Assembly: GCA_958009085.1 (NCBI GenBank)
Contig: OY253669.1
Coordinates: 1-64,000 of the forward strand
DNA length: 64,000 nucleotides
Source of the DNA: Protoeuglena noctilucae
Taxonomy: Eukaryota
Direction of reading: 5' to 3'
The notes beneath the pieces are model-generated. The model was not told where the DNA came from. It worked only from the letters and a program-made list of their open reading frames with translations, and ran no database searches. Both the position numbers and the translations under genes were made by a program. Below, in pieces: positions 11,867-25,469 of this stretch. Numbering within the stretch: position 1 is the first letter of the stretch; each line of letters starts with the position of its first letter.

Positions 11867-14800
11867 TTACGTCCGTGTGGTGAAGGACTTGGGCTCGGAC
11901 CACAGGAACCACCCGTCGTCGTACTCCGCCTTGATGCAGAAGATGTACTCGCTGTTGCCGCGCAGCCCCCCGACCTTGTACGACGTGGCCCGGCCGCGGT
12001 AGACCTCCTTGACCACCCCGGTGGGGGTGGCCAGCTTGAGCTTGTAGCAAGAGATGCGGTCGGCGTTCTTGCTGGGGGCGCGCCACGACAGGAGCACTGG
12101 GGGTAGAGGAGGGGATAAGGGGCTGTCTCGCTTGCTTGGGCGCTCGTGGCTGTCATGGCACGCTCGCTGCCGCAGCTGCGCCTGCTGAGCGCTGCGCTGT
12201 TGAAGGAACTGCACATGCCACTGCCACTGCCACCGCCACTGCCACCTCTGCCACTGCCACTGCCCCAGCCACTGCCACTGCCGCTGCCCTCGCCTGCGTT
12301 GGAGGTGACCTCCGCGTCGTCGAGGATCTCCAAATGTGCCACGATGTCCGTCTCTTGGCGAGCACGCTGCTTGAGGCCCTCGATGTCCTCGGGGCGGGCC
12401 AGCTCCAGGATCTCCAACTCTGGGGAAAGAAGGGGAGACTTATGATGTGTGGAAGGCATCGAGGGGGAGCCATTGGCTTTGTGGTGGCGCCGACCCCCCT
12501 TGCTCGTCATGCCAATGGTTAATCGCGCTCACCGCATAGGCTGTTGGGCTTCTCCGTGCTGGGCTTGAGGGTGTAGATGCGCTTCTCGTACACGGCCGCG
12601 TAGGCCGCGTGGTTGAGCATCTTGCCCATGGCGGCCCACTCGTGCAGCTGCTCCCACGCCTGCGTCTCCAGGTCCATCACCCACGTGTCCGTGCAGCGGC
12701 GGGGGGTGGGGTCGACGGACGCGGGGGACGGCTGGTGCGTGCCGCCTGTGTGTAGCGCGGATGGGTAGCGGGCGTGGAGGGGGGCAGGAACAGACACGCA
12801 GAGCAAGAAGGGGCGCCAAAGGAGCAGGCGCAGGTATGTAAGAATCGGCGACAGTTCTCCCTCACCGGATATGATCATGTAGTTGCCGACCATGGAGGCC
12901 GTGTGGCAGTGGCGCGCGCGGGGGGGCGTGCCCACCCCGGGGCCGATGTTCTGCCAGAGGGAGCGGTCCAGGTTGAGGCAGTGGACGTCGCCCAGGGACT
13001 GGGTGTCGTCGTGGCCGCCCATGATGTACAGACGCCGCCCGTCATTGCTCACTGCGAGCGGCCGGCGCGGGTGCAGTGTGGTGCAGTGCCGAGCGTGCAC
13101 GTGATGGTTCTGTCACGTCTCCAAGCCTTGCGCCCCTCACCGCATATGGTGGCCCCCCACCGCGGCGAGGGCGGCGCCCCGCTGGCCGTGATCTGCTGCC
13201 AGGACCACGTCTCGGTGGCCCCCGCGTAGGTGAGGCACCAGAGGTCGTTCTTGAGCTCGCTCTCCCCCTTGGCCGTCTCGGCGCGTCCCCCGAAGATGTA
13301 CAGGTGCGAGTCGCGGTCCACGCACGCGCAGTGGCTCACCCGGGGGGCGGGGGGCGTGCCCCGCGTCCCCGGCTCCTCCCACCGCAGGTTCTCGTAGTCC
13401 AGCACCGAGATGCCCGGCACGAAGTGGCCGTCCACGTCGCCGCCGGAGTCGGGCTCCTTGCCCCCGAACACCAGCATTTGGGACGGCCGGATGGCGATTG
13501 AGCTGCGGGGGTCACGGGTGCGGCTGTCGAGCGGGGCGTCTCAGCAGCGCAAAGGATGTCCTACGAAGAGCAGTGGGGCATTCGCCGCCGCTGCCTCACC
13601 AGTGCCCGGCGCGTGGCAGCGCGAGGGCGTCCTTGCGCCCGTCCCCTGTGAGCCCCGCGATGGCCGCGGACGAGGGACCACTCGTGGGGTCCTCCCAGAC
13701 CTTGGTGTCCAGGTTGAGGATGGACATGTCGCGGCCCTCCTCCCACGGCGTGCCGCCGTACAGAATGAGGTTCTGGCCTCCGAAGCACACCTGCGGAGCA
13801 CCGTGGGAGCGGGCGGTGTCACGATCAGCCGCGCCACGACCGCCGCGCTGACCAGCGCCCGGCGGCTGCGGCTCGTCCACTCGCCAGCGTGTTGAACTCC
13901 CGATCGTGCGGCAAGGCTCCCTTGAGGCGGAAGTTGTTGACGGCGACCTGCCACGCCTCCCCAAAAATGATCTTCAGCTCCGTGCGTGACGACGACTGGA
14001 TCTCGAGCTCCTGGATGTAGGCGTTCGCGGCGCTCAGCTGCCGCTCCAGCTCCTCGATCTCTGCAATCGAAGTAACCGAGCGCGAGGTGAGAGGCAGCGC
14101 ATGCGTGGGCTACGCCGTCTATCGCATATGCACATGCAACACACGCACCGGCGTCGAGTTTCTCGATGAAGTCGCGGTGCTTGTGCGTGCGGTTCTCCAC
14201 GTCCCGCTGCCTGTCCTCGAGAATCTTCTTCTCCTCCTTCACCTTGCGTGCCTGAGGGGAAGGGGCTACTGGGTGGGTGTGACTGTGCTGGCGTGTGAGC
14301 ACCATAGCCACCCATTCCCAGGCATGCACTACGCATGCGTCTTTACTGGCGCATCCCTGTGACCCTGCAGCCCCTCACCTCCTCCAGCTTGGCCTTGTTC
14401 TTGGCGCACTGCTCCTGCAACGCCTCAATGATGAGCTGCTTGTTCCTGCGACCACCTCACGACGGGCACGAGAGCGTCAGCCCCTGCCTCGCAGCAGCGA
14501 CCCAGGCCGTCCCACATAACATGCGTGCATCCTCGCCTGAGGTCCCTCTCCAGCTTGGCGCACTCGGACTCCAGGCGCGTGATCTGGTCCTCCTTCTTCT
14601 CAATGTCCGTCTGACGGAAGTCCAGCACCTTGGTCGCGTCCCCCGTCGCGTGGTCCAGGCGCTGCGGGTGACAACGGCACCGTCAGTCACACGCTGGCAT
14701 ACGCTGTCCCAATGCCACTGGCAAGCAGCCCAGTCCCTCGCCTTGACCAGCTCCTCGCATTCGAGCTTCAGTCGCGCGTTCTCCTCCTTGAGCTTGCGCA

Positions 14801-15027
14801 CGCGGTCCTTTCGGAAAGCGATCTCCGCCATCCGCGCGTCCCTCTGCGCCTCAAGCACCTGCACAGGCGGACACGCACCAAAGGGCGTATGGCACGACGA
14901 GGCTAGGGGAGGCCACGCGTTCCTGCGCCTCTCTCGCGCGACGCCGCGCTCTCGCCTGCTTCTCCGTCGGGTCGGCATCCTCCCCGTCCGGCCCCTTCTC
15001 CTCCTTCTTGGGCGCCTTGGGCGGCAT
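11867..15027 (-). CDS. Coiled-coil + Kelch-repeat + C-terminal FN3 protein (probably flagellar-associated)
   Basis: MPPKAPKK N-terminus and coiled-coil exons; Kelch repeats (LVFGG, LYIFGG, LYIMGG; PxPRxxH); FN3 end YKVGGLRGNSEYIFCIKAEY..WSEP. Confidence 0.8.
12217..12288. repeat. (CCACTG)n intronic microsatellite
   Basis: Imperfect hexamer run inside the GC-AG intron whose donor is at 12293 (minus strand). Confidence 0.8.
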
Positions 15028-16145
15028 GGCGCGCTCCCCCGAGGCACCCGCCCACGGGCAAGCGCCTATCCACCCGCAATCCGACCTGCGGAGAGAATCA
15101 GTACAGTCGCGTCTCCTCGCATCGACAGAGGCGGCTAGAGCGTAAGCAAACAAGGAGTTTCCCCAGCAAAGCAAACGCGGGAGGCGTGGGAATGAGTCGT
15201 GAGGCCTTGGCTTCATCCGACGAACAAAGGACTCGTTTGTTCCATGGATGTCGCGGCGTGGCACTGCACCAGGAGCGCGCAGCTGGCCGGGAGCGACGCA
15301 CCCACTCGTCCCAGATGCCACGACGTGCCCTGCCCAGCGGGGACTCCCCGATGTCCGTCCCTGCGTCCACACGCAACCTACGTCTGCCCTAGCACAAGGC
15401 TACTTGCTCGGGTCCGCCAGTAGAGTCCTCCCCGCGGTGCCACGGCTCCGTTCGATTCCAGGACTGTCGCGGACTGTTACTCCGCAAAATGTCGCTGCCA
15501 GGCCCGCGCCCCTCTCCGCCCGCTCGCTCAGATGCTTTCTGGTGCACGCGGGAGGTGCAGGGAGGTTGAACGGCCCTTTCCAGGTTTAACCTCTGCCAGA
15601 ACTGAGCTTTCGCGACAACAGACCGCGCTGGCCGCTGCTTGGCTGCATCTCGCTCGTCTATATGCTCCCTGATAGTCAACCTGCGCCTGTTACATCCTTT
15701 TCTCGAACCTCCGGACTTCTTGGCCCCGCGCGTCTTCTCGGCCATTTCAAGGGCTTAGACATCTTCAGCAGCAGCGTTTTGATATCTATATCACTGCCAA
15801 GGGATAGCGAGGCCGCCGCGGCATTGCCCGCAGTCTCACGGGGCTGCCCCTCTCGATTGGCTGGTGAGCGCCGGGACGGCTCCTGCCCTGGATGCGTGGG
15901 CTTGTGCAATTCATCGAGACTTGACTGCCGGTAGCGCTGCCGGCGGTCGGGAGCCACCTCCGCCCGCTGCCTCGCTGGCTGGACCCTTGTCGCCCTTCCA
16001 GAGGTCCCGCGTGCGCTCGAGCAGGGCAATCGCCTTGCCGATCCCATTTCTCGAAGCTTCGCATCGGCGTCGATGTTTGCAATGCTTCTCAGCCTGCTCC
16101 CGGCAACCGCTCGGGACGTTTGACCCCTTCCGCAGGGTCAGCATT

Positions 16146-17387
16146 ATGGCGTGCCCGTACCGGAGCCAGGTGGCCGCGTGCCCCTTCGCTCGGGCGCTCA
16201 TCGCGCAGCATGGGGAGGACTACGCCATGGAGGTCTTCCACAGCATGAAGGGCGAGGTGGCGGAGCTGCATCGGGGGGTGCAGGCCGAGCCCCAGGCCCT
16301 CGGCAGCCTGCTGCACGGCCCGGACGGGCCGCTGGCGCTGGAGCGCGCAGACGGCGAGAAGAACGGCGAGGCCGCGATGGACGAGGCGCCGAGGCCGGCG
16401 CGGTCGCTGCCGCTGGCCATCATCAGCCTGGGCGGGGCGTTTGGCCCTTTCTTCCGCTTCGACCCCTTCCGGAGGCGCCCGGCGAGGAGGCGCGAGGAGG
16501 GGCGCGAGATGGATCGCGGGGAGCCGGCGTCCCACGAGGCCGCGGGGGCGGGCGAGGCGTCGAGCGGACGATGCCCCTTGCGGGGCGTGTACGAGCCGGT
16601 GGTGGCGGCGCTGGGCGCCATGGGGATGCAGCTGCGGAACCTCAAGTGCCCAGCGCCGATCGTGGCGATGCGCGCGGCGGTGGCCAAGACGCCCGTGGCG
16701 CGTGGGCTGCGGCAGCAGGTGCTCCCGACCAAGCTGCTGGCGGTGGCCGCTATGGCAGCAGGTGAGAGAAGCAGGTTGGGCGGCGGCGTGGCACAAGAAC
16801 GCTGACGATGTGTCACCGAACCATTGATCATCATATGTCGATGCATCCTCGCAGTGGTCAACATCCCCTTCGGCATGGCACGCGAGCACACCCAGAAGTT
16901 CAGCTGGCAGTGGTTCGTGGCCGTGCACGCCTCGATCCCATTCGTGGGCATCTGGCGCAAGGCCACCGCCATCCCCAAGTTCGGCATCGCCTTCACCATC
17001 GGCGCGGCCATCCTGGGGCAGGTGGGGCGACGCGCGGGGATGGATGTGGAAATGTTGTGATGACACGCGGCTGGTCGCCCACGCGGTCCCTGGTCTCCGC
17101 CCGCGCAGGCCATCGGGGCGCACATCGAGCGCAGCCGCGTGGAGATGATGCAGATGCTGGAGGAGGCGGAGGGGGGGGGGGGGGTGCCAAGCACGAGCAT
17201 GGGGAAGCAGAGGGGGCGGCGCTGCCGGGACACGCCCTGTCGCCGGCGCTGTCTGTCCGGGCATGATCTCCCGCCGCTGATCGGACGTCCCTTGTTACAC
17301 ACGCGCAGAGTCGTAGCCACGTGCAGACACGGACACTTGCCCGCGCTTCCACTGGGCCGCCTTTCGCTTGGCCAAAACCACTCTTGA
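16146..17387 (+). CDS. Conserved green-lineage protein similar to the Arabidopsis NHR2A/NHR2B family
   Basis: CPF motif; LKCPAPIVAMRAAVAKT; NIPFGMAREHTQKFSWQWFVAVHASIPF; ILGQAIGAHIER. Recognised from memory of the family. Confidence 0.8.
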
Positions 17388-17408
17388 AAAACATGCTATG
17401 CGCCGTCT

Positions 17409-19241
17409 TCACTCGGGCTCCCACACCACCGCGGCCGCGTGTGCCGGCCCGCCTGAGACCTGCACCACGTGACCAATGGGGGCCACACGCACGGGGAGGG
17501 CCACAACGGCCTTGTCCCCCATGTCGACGCCCAGCATGTCACCGCTGTTGAGACCTGCAAGAATGGGAGTGGCACAGGGTTTCACGAGGTGCGGGGTGTG
17601 CTGGGATAGCATCCGCTCTGGGGCGCGTCGGCCGCACGCACCCCATGCGAAGAGTTTGCCGTCGCGGGTGACGGCCATGGTGGTCCGCTGCCCGCACGCC
17701 ACGTCCGTCACGAACTCCCCCTCCAGCGCAGCCACCCTGCGACACCGCAGCAGTGCAGTTGACACAAGCCTGCTGATGCCATCCTCGTCTCATCAGCTGC
17801 ACCCGCGTGTCCGGCCGTCACCTGGCTGGCCGCGAGCAGCTGCGCGGGACGTCTCCCTTGGGGCTGAGCACCCCCAGCTGCCCCTCCACCCCCCGCCCCC
17901 ACGTGAACAGCTGCCCGTCTGCCGTCACGGCGGCCGAGTGCGAGGCACCCGCGCCCACCGCCACCACGCGGCTGTCCCCTAGGTCCCCTTCAGTCACGGG
18001 GTCCATCCAGTGCCGACCGTGCACCCTGCCCCCCCCCAGCTGACCGTCGCGGTTGCGCCCGCACGTGTACACACGGCCCTCGGTGGACAGGCCCACGCTG
18101 TGGTTGTGGCCGGCCGCCAGCGCCGCGAATTTCACCAAAGGACCGTCGCCGCCGTCGGGGGACTTCCAAGGGTCGCGCACGACGATCTGCGAGGGACATC
18201 CAGATACTGTGCTTGCTTGCGGCAGCGGGGGTGCCACGAGCGCTGCTGGCAAGACTGCCGTGCTCGCGCGGACCTGGTGGAGGTGCGGCAGCGAGTGCTG
18301 CCCCGTCCACGCGGCCGCCTCGACCCCCAGCCGCCCGTCCCCCTGGGCTTGACCGCACGCGAAGGCCAGCCCCCCCGATGAGAGGACGAGGGTGTGGGCG
18401 GGGCCGCACACGACTCTCGCCACCGTCTGCGAGACGAGGGTCCAGGGGCCCCGCAGCAGCTTGGGCCGCTTGGACACATGCGACCGCTGCCCGGACAGCG
18501 CACTCACGCCCTGGCCCAAACCCAAGGCACCGAAGCCGTTGAAGCCCCACACGGCCGCGGTGCCGTCCTCGAGCACCGCCGCGCTGTGCAGGCCCCCCGC
18601 GGACACCCCCACCGCCCCCTCCACATCCTCCACGCAAATGGGCTCCGCACGGTCGCCCTCCTCACTGCCGTCCTCGGTGCCCACGCCCAGGCGGCCACCC
18701 GAGCCACGGCCGAACGCCCACAAGGCCCCGTTGATGCAAGCGAGCGTGTGGGAGAAGCCGCAGGAGACGGACAGGCGAGGCGGGCGAGGGGAGGCACGGC
18801 TGGCGGACAACGGTGGGGGGCCAGGCACGGCGGGGAGCCCCGCGACCGGGAGCGGCACCGGCTGGTCGTAGACGGCGCCGGATGCCCAGCCGTGGCCCAG
18901 GCGCCCGCCGTCCTCGCGGCCCCAGGTGTAGATGCGGTAGGTGCCTGTGGTGGGAAGGCGCGGGGACCCGTGGGGACGCGGGAGGAGAGATCGCAGCGCG
19001 AGAGAAGATCATTCGGAGAAGCCTGGTAGCATATATGGTCATTTGCAAACGAGCGGGGCAGCGCGGGCGCACCGCGGATGCTGGAAAAGAAGCGGCAGCG
19101 TGCGCTTGAAGGGCCTGGGCCTGCCGCGCCGCCCCGGTCCGCCCACGCTCCACAACCCGACGATGGCTCCTTGACCTCTTTCGCAATTGCGCGCCCTGAA
19201 AATTGGGCCCATCGGCTGGCACGGCGAGCCGCGGACGCCAT
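17409..19241 (-). CDS. RCC1-repeat protein with putative organellar targeting peptide
   Basis: Repeats VSCGFSHTL, VSAGGLHSAA, AAGHNHSVGL..GRVYTCGRNRDGQLG, GAGASHSAAVTADGQLFTWGRGVEGQLG. Confidence 0.85.
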
Positions 19242-19529
19242 CGCAAAGGAACGGGCCCTGAAACGGGCCTTCTACCACGAACCGGGGCCGATGCCCTCGC
19301 GCAGGCAAGGCAAAATATCGAGTGTATCCCTCTTTGATAGCGCGGCGAGCGAGGACGCGGTCAGGTGCGGCGGGAGAGCAGCATGCGTGCAGTGGAGCAG
19401 CAAGCGCCCGCGTGGCGCAACCGATCTACCAATTTGCGGCGGCGGACGCGCTAAAGATGCGTATACCGAGCTGTGCATGGCACGGTCAGCCGCTAGCCGG
19501 CTCTGTCAGGGCACGCGTTTCGACATCTT

Positions 19530-20516
19530 TCAAACGCTCATCAGCTGCGCCTCTTTCTCCTTCAGTCGTTCCTCCACGCGCCGCAGGTACGTGTCCCGCA
19601 TCTCCTGCACCCGCTTCTCCTGCTCCTTCGTCTGCAAGCGCGGGGCCAAGAAAGGTGCGGAGTTGCGGGTGGCTAGCGCGGGCAACCCATCGCTCATTGC
19701 ATGCCTCGTCCTCAATATGCACGTGCACATGCCTCGTCTGCATCGCTATCCACTCCCCAGTCTCCAGTCTCCAGTCTCCACCCCGTCCATGCCCCCCTAC
19801 CCCCGCACCTCGTCCTGCGTCATCCCCGCCTTCTTGACGGCGTCCCTCAGCCTCTGCCGCTCGTGTCGCAGCACCGTCCGCGTGTGCTCCGCGTGTACCC
19901 TCGCCACCCGCACCATCTCCCCCATGTGCTCTTTCGTCGGCAGGGGCAGTCGCACCAGCACCTCGCCCCCGCTCTCCTCCACCGTCAGGCCCAGGGGGCT
20001 CGCGCGGATGGCAGCCACGATCGCCGACTGCGGCAGTCAGCGAGTCGCGATCCCTCGCGGGCACATCATTGCCAGCACCCCTCGTCATCCACACTGCGCC
20101 CCGCTTCATGCACACACATCGTGCATACCCCTACCCCTCGCCTTGGTGGCCGCGTCGAAGGGCGTGACAGCCAAAGTGGTCTGCGACCGCAGCAGTACGC
20201 TCGCCAGTCCCCTCAGCCCCTGCGTCACGCCGTACGCCTCCACTTGAAGGTGGTCCAGCAGCCCCTCCGACGCCCGCGTGCTCTGCAGCGAGCGGAACTC
20301 CTTCTCCATGTGCGCCACCGCTCGCTCCATGTGGTCCCGCCCCTGCGACCAGTCCACCGCTGCGCCCGGTGCCTCGGTCTCTGCATCTGGGGCGGTCCCT
20401 GGGGCCGTGCGCCGGGACCCGGCGGGGCTGCCACCCTTGCCCGCCTTCTTCGCCATGCCTCGACAACCCTGCTTGTGGGAAAAGCGGGTCGACATCACAT
20501 CGCCTAAGGACGGCAA
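19530..20516 (-). CDS. RRF: Organellar ribosome recycling factor (5' end uncertain)
   Basis: MERAVAHMEKEFRSLQSTRASEGLLDHLQVEAYG, AAIRASPLGL, VRLPLPTKE, KEKEAQLM. Confidence 0.88.
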
Positions 20517-21311
20517 CTGGCTGCACGCTCACGGGGCACGGCGGAGCAGCCCAGCCTTGACCCAGCCCTGCGGGTCACCTGCGGCACGGCATCCCCTCCC
20601 AGCTCGCCGAGCGATCGAAAAGCACCTCCGTGAGGCCTCCAGCCCAGAGCAGACCCATCGCCTGCGTTATCACAGTGACTGAGACTTCGTTCGGCGACGC
20701 AGCGGACCCCGCCGCGTCCCATTTGGGGAGCAATTGCACAACAACTCACCCGCTCGAGCCCACGCGTCACATCGCGACGCAATGGGGCGCAGCTGCGCAC
20801 TGTCAATCGAGGAAACGCCTCGGCACGATGCGGGGAGCCATGCAGGCGCCTCCTGCGTCCGGCACGCCGATGCCATCATCCGATGGATGGAGAGAAGGGA
20901 ACGGGACCTCGACATGGCAGCGGACGACTGCTCGGCGCCCCCAGCGCCTGGAACGCAACACAAGCGGCACTCAGCCTGCCCCTGCAGAGCCGTGCAGAGC
21001 CGACGGCGCCAAACACGACGGCTCTGGGTGCCCAGATGAAGAGCACAGCGAGATAGCGCGTGACAGCTGGCCCGTCGGCCGGGCGAAGTCTGACTTCTTT
21101 CCACGCTTCCAAGCACCGCATTCCAGCATCTCTGGGCAAGCGCGAGGCAAGAAGGGTTTGACGTTCCCCTGTGACAAGAAATGTTCTATCAGCCGTCAGC
21201 ACCTGAGTCGTGCACCGGCAGTCTCCCAGTATCCGGGGGGCTGCCGCAGTTTGAAGGCACGCACCTCTGAGCCGAGCGTGGCGACGCCGCCGTGTTCCAG
21301 CGAGGGCCGCG

Positions 21312-24300
21312 ATGGCGTCCGGACAGGTCGATGAGTTGGCCCGCTGGAAGGAGCTGGGCCAGCGCGCTGCGGACACGGCGTCCCGGGGTGCAGGGGGCCT
21401 TCAGTCGCCGCTGGGACTCCCGCTCCTCCACCGCTCCATCACCCAGGTGGGCCGCTGCACGCTGCGGATGTTAATTAATGCGCCGCTTCCTGGAGAAAGC
21501 GAGCCGCGCAATCTGCGGGTCCATCGCCCCGCCCGACGGTCGCTGCGGGCGGATCTGCCCGCGTGCGCGATCCCGCCCCGCCGCGAGCCCCGCTCGGTCC
21601 CCGCGCTGCAGGTTGCAGAGCAGACTTCCCGTCTTCAGCCGAGCGCGCGTGGGGAGGACGAGGACGCGGTGCTGGTGCGGGGCGCCTGCGGCCGCGCCAC
21701 GCGCCCCTCCGCGCCCGGCCGCGCTCACCGCCGCGCCCCTCCGCCCCCGCAGCGCGCGACTCGGATCCTGGCGGGCCAGGGCCTGGACCTCCCCCGCCTC
21801 CGCGGGCAGCTGTCGGCCGTGCAGGTGGCGCACCAGGCGGGGGCGCCCGGCCCCTCCCGTCCCCTCTCGCGGCTGCTCTCCGCGGCGGCTGGGCCCGACC
21901 CCGATCGCTTCTCCTCGTCCCTCGCCGCCGCGTGCCTCCACGCCGCCGCGCACGAGTCGCTGTCCGCGGCCCAGGCGGCGTTCTGTTCGATGATGGACGG
22001 GGCGGCCGTGGGCGCTGGGGACGCGAGGCGAGGGGCGGCGCTGGCGCTGATGCCGGCGACCGCGGCGGGTCCCGAGGTGGCGGCGGCGCGGCGGGGCCTG
22101 GCGCAGGCGGGGGTGGCGGGGGCGGTGCTGGTGGAGGGGTCGCTGGAGTGGCGGTACCTGGGGGCGGTGCGGGAGCTGAACGAGGGGCGCGCGGGGGGCC
22201 GGTCTGCCGCGGAGGTGCTGGGGGCGGCGGCGGGGAGCGGGGCGGGCGCGGGGGAGGGCGAGGGCGGCGACGGCGGCGTGGCGCGTCTGTGGGCGCTGCT
22301 GGCGGCGATGGTCGCGGCGCTGCGGGAGGCAGGGGGACCGGGGGGGGCGGCGGGCCCGGCGGTGGCGGCGCTGGCACGCGGGGCGCGGCAGGCGCTGGAG
22401 AAGGAGCACATGGCCTTCGTAGACAAGGTAAGTGGCGACGTGGAGGGGCAACCGTGGGTGCCACCGATGGGGCACAAGACAGACAAGCAGCAGTGCACCC
22501 CCGCAGCCACGCCCCTCCCTGTCACACCCAACACCCCTCTTATCTACATATCTATCTCCACCACCTCATCTCCACCATTTCATCTCCACCCCATCTCTCA
22601 TCTCCTCCCCAGGTCGTGCACCGCCACCGCGACGTGGCTCAGATCTCCGGCGCCCTGGGCCCCCGCCCCCGCATCCGCGGCTTCCTCCGCGCGCGCCTGC
22701 GACTGCCCCCCGACGCTTCCCTGGCCAGCGCCGACCTCCTCTGGCAGCAGGCGTACCTGTGCCTGAGGAGCGGGCTCTACCAGGACGCCATTGACATCCT
22801 GAGGGAGAACGAGGTGTGATGATGGAGGATAGGGATGGGTCACATGCAACCATGTTAATCATGCCATGTTAACACGTCTCGTCGCTTTGCGTGTGTGGTC
22901 ATCTCTCTACGCCCTTAGCACCTCTCGTCTCTTCGAATGCCTCGTCACTCTTCCCATCCCTCCTGTCATCTCTCTCCACCCCTATCATCTCCCCACCCAT
23001 CTCACATCTCTCGTCCCCCCAGTCCGTCCTGCGATCCTCCGAGCTGGTCTCGTGGCTTCGCGAGTGGGTGGAGGCGGGGGGGCGCGTGTCCGAGGGCACG
23101 GCCTCACGCCTGGTGGAGCGGTGCCACCGGCTGATGACGGCCAGCGCGCCCATGCAGACGCGCAACGCACACGCCGTGCTCATCCACGTCGCACTCTCGG
23201 GGTCCACAGGCGAGGGGCAGGCGCATGGAGAAGCGCTTAGCACCCTTCTGCTACTCTCCCATCCCTCGCCACTCGTCCACTCCCCACCCACCATCCCTTG
23301 CTGCTCCCCATCTTCCGCTGTTTCCTCCCCACCACTCTCGCCCCACCCACTTCACCCACTTCACCCACTTCACCCATTCCCCACCACTCGCTCTCTCTCT
23401 CATTTCAGAGATGCACGACCGCTTCCTCAGCGAGTACCGCGTCTTCTTCTCCAATATCGAAGACTTCCTGTGGTTCAAGCTGGCACTCGTGAGGTGCTAC
23501 GAGAAGCAGCCGGGGGGGACGGGTGAGGCAGACACGGCCGAGGGAGGAGTGAGGGTGGCGGGACACACAGTTGACAGCTGCACGGCTGCCCGGCTGTCCG
23601 CCACAGCACTCTATCAACCCCCAAGTGCTCAAGTCCACTCCACTGTATCTGAGTGAGTTCAACACTGCCATTTCCACTTATTACATAAAACACTCTCCTT
23701 CCCTCTTGACACCCCCAGACTTCTCGGTGGAGGAGATGCAGGCATACCTGAACGAGTACCAGCCGCGCCACTACTCGCGTGACGGCCGGCAGCCGCTGCT
23801 CTACGCGGCCGTGCTGCTCCTCTCCCTGCAGTTCCACGCGGCGGCCGCTTTCCTGGTCCACGACCCCGGGTCAGTGGGGGCCACGCACGGAGCCGACGCG
23901 GCGCACCTGTGTGCGGCCATGCAGATGGACGGGCTGCTGGATGCGGCGCCACCCCTGCCGCGCGTGGGGCCCCCCGGGTCGCGGCGCGCGGACGCGGCGG
24001 CGGTGGTGCGGGCGTACGCGGGGCAGCAGTTCCTGGCCAGGCAGCAGGGGGCGGGGCACGTGGAGGCGGCGCTCGAGTACTTCGTGGCGGGTGAGGGCAG
24101 TCCTGATTGGGGGATGCATGGATGGGGATGAGTGCTTCGTGGCGGGTGAGGGCACTGTCCAGTGGGGGAGATGGGGATGAGGAAGACGCGGAATGATTGC
24201 TGTAATTGGCGATGCATGACGTTGTTTGGCGAGGAAGATGACGAAGGAGTGTTGCTTATTTGCACAGCGTGACCTAGCACCTCCCTTCCCCCCGCAGCGG

Positions 24301-25469
24301 CGCGCATGTCCCCCGACCCCTCCTCCGCCCGCATCGACTTGCTTCAGGAGTTGGTGGTGGCGACAAGGGCGTACGGGACGCTGCTGGGTGCGGGGGGGCC
24401 GGTGGGGCCGGGGGCCGTCGTGGCGCGGCTGGCGGGGCCTGAAGGAGTGGAGGCGCTCGTGGGGAGGGTCGCGGAGGTGAGGGGTGGGGTGCAGATGCAT
24501 GTGTGGCTGACGATGCATGCTGACGATGCATGTGGCTGCGTGTGACTGCATGCACAGATGCATGGCTCATGATGCATGCTGTTGCGCGGCCTGCACCTGT
24601 GCATGGCTGACGCGACCCTTGTCCCCTCGTCCCCTCTCCCTGCAGCGCTGCCGTGACGCGGCCCAGCACGAGGCTGCCACGGAGCTCTTCCTGGCGGCGG
24701 GGAGGCCGGGGGAGGCCCTGGCGCTGCTCGTGCGCCGCATGTCGGACCTGGTCGCCACGGCGCCGGAGGGGGAGGTGCGGAAGCAGAACACTCGCATGTT
24801 CACGATGCCGGTGCTGGGATGCGACAGCCATAGAACATGCATGTGCAGGTGGGCCACCGTCGACCGCCACCTGACTCCATCACCACATCCCCTCCCCCGC
24901 AGCGCCTGACCCTGACGCAGACGGCGGAGTTCCAGGACCTGGCTCGCCGCGGCCGTGGCGCCTGCGACCGCATGCGTGGCCCCGGGGCAGAGGCCGAGGA
25001 CTTCGATGCTCTGCTGGCCACGGCGTCGCTGCTGGAGGCGGACAGGAGGGGCGACTGGCGCGGGGCACTCGATCTGCTCTCGCGACTGCACCGGTACGTC
25101 CCCGCCAGGGGTCTCCCTGGGGAGGCGGACCGGTGCCGGAGGTCGGCGGCCGCGAGCGCGGTGATGCGGGTGCACCTGGGGGACGCGCTGGGGGCGGCAG
25201 CGAGGGCCATGGCGGCGCAGGCGGAGGCGGCGGCGAGGGCGGGGAGGGCGCACGAGGTGGGGTGGGTTGGGGGTAGCGTGCAAAGGGTGGGCCTGTGTGC
25301 TCGGCGTGCCGATCACTCGTCCTGCTTCTGCCCTCTCCCTGCGCCGCAGCTGGACGAGATTCGCGTGCGGTGCGAGAGCCTCAACGCCGTCGCCGGGGGG
25401 CTCAAGCTGCAGCGGGCGTGCCAGCTCCTGATGCAGCTGCGGGCACGGCTTGACACGGCCGCCGTCTGA
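21312..25469 (+). CDS. NUP93: Nucleoporin Nup93/Nic96
   Basis: LPLLHRSITQV N-terminus, LWQQAYLCLRSG, FSNIEDFLWFKL, PLLYAAVLLLSLQF. Confidence 0.85.

Noticed and set aside
12190..12293. Gly/Ser linker in the Kelch protein
   Set aside because: It falls within a GC-AG intron (donor 12293) and is a hexamer microsatellite.
15389..15745. 118-aa basic ORF (MAEKTRGAKK..)
   Set aside because: No homology or motif recognised; it lies in a divergent promoter region and cannot be supported without expression data.
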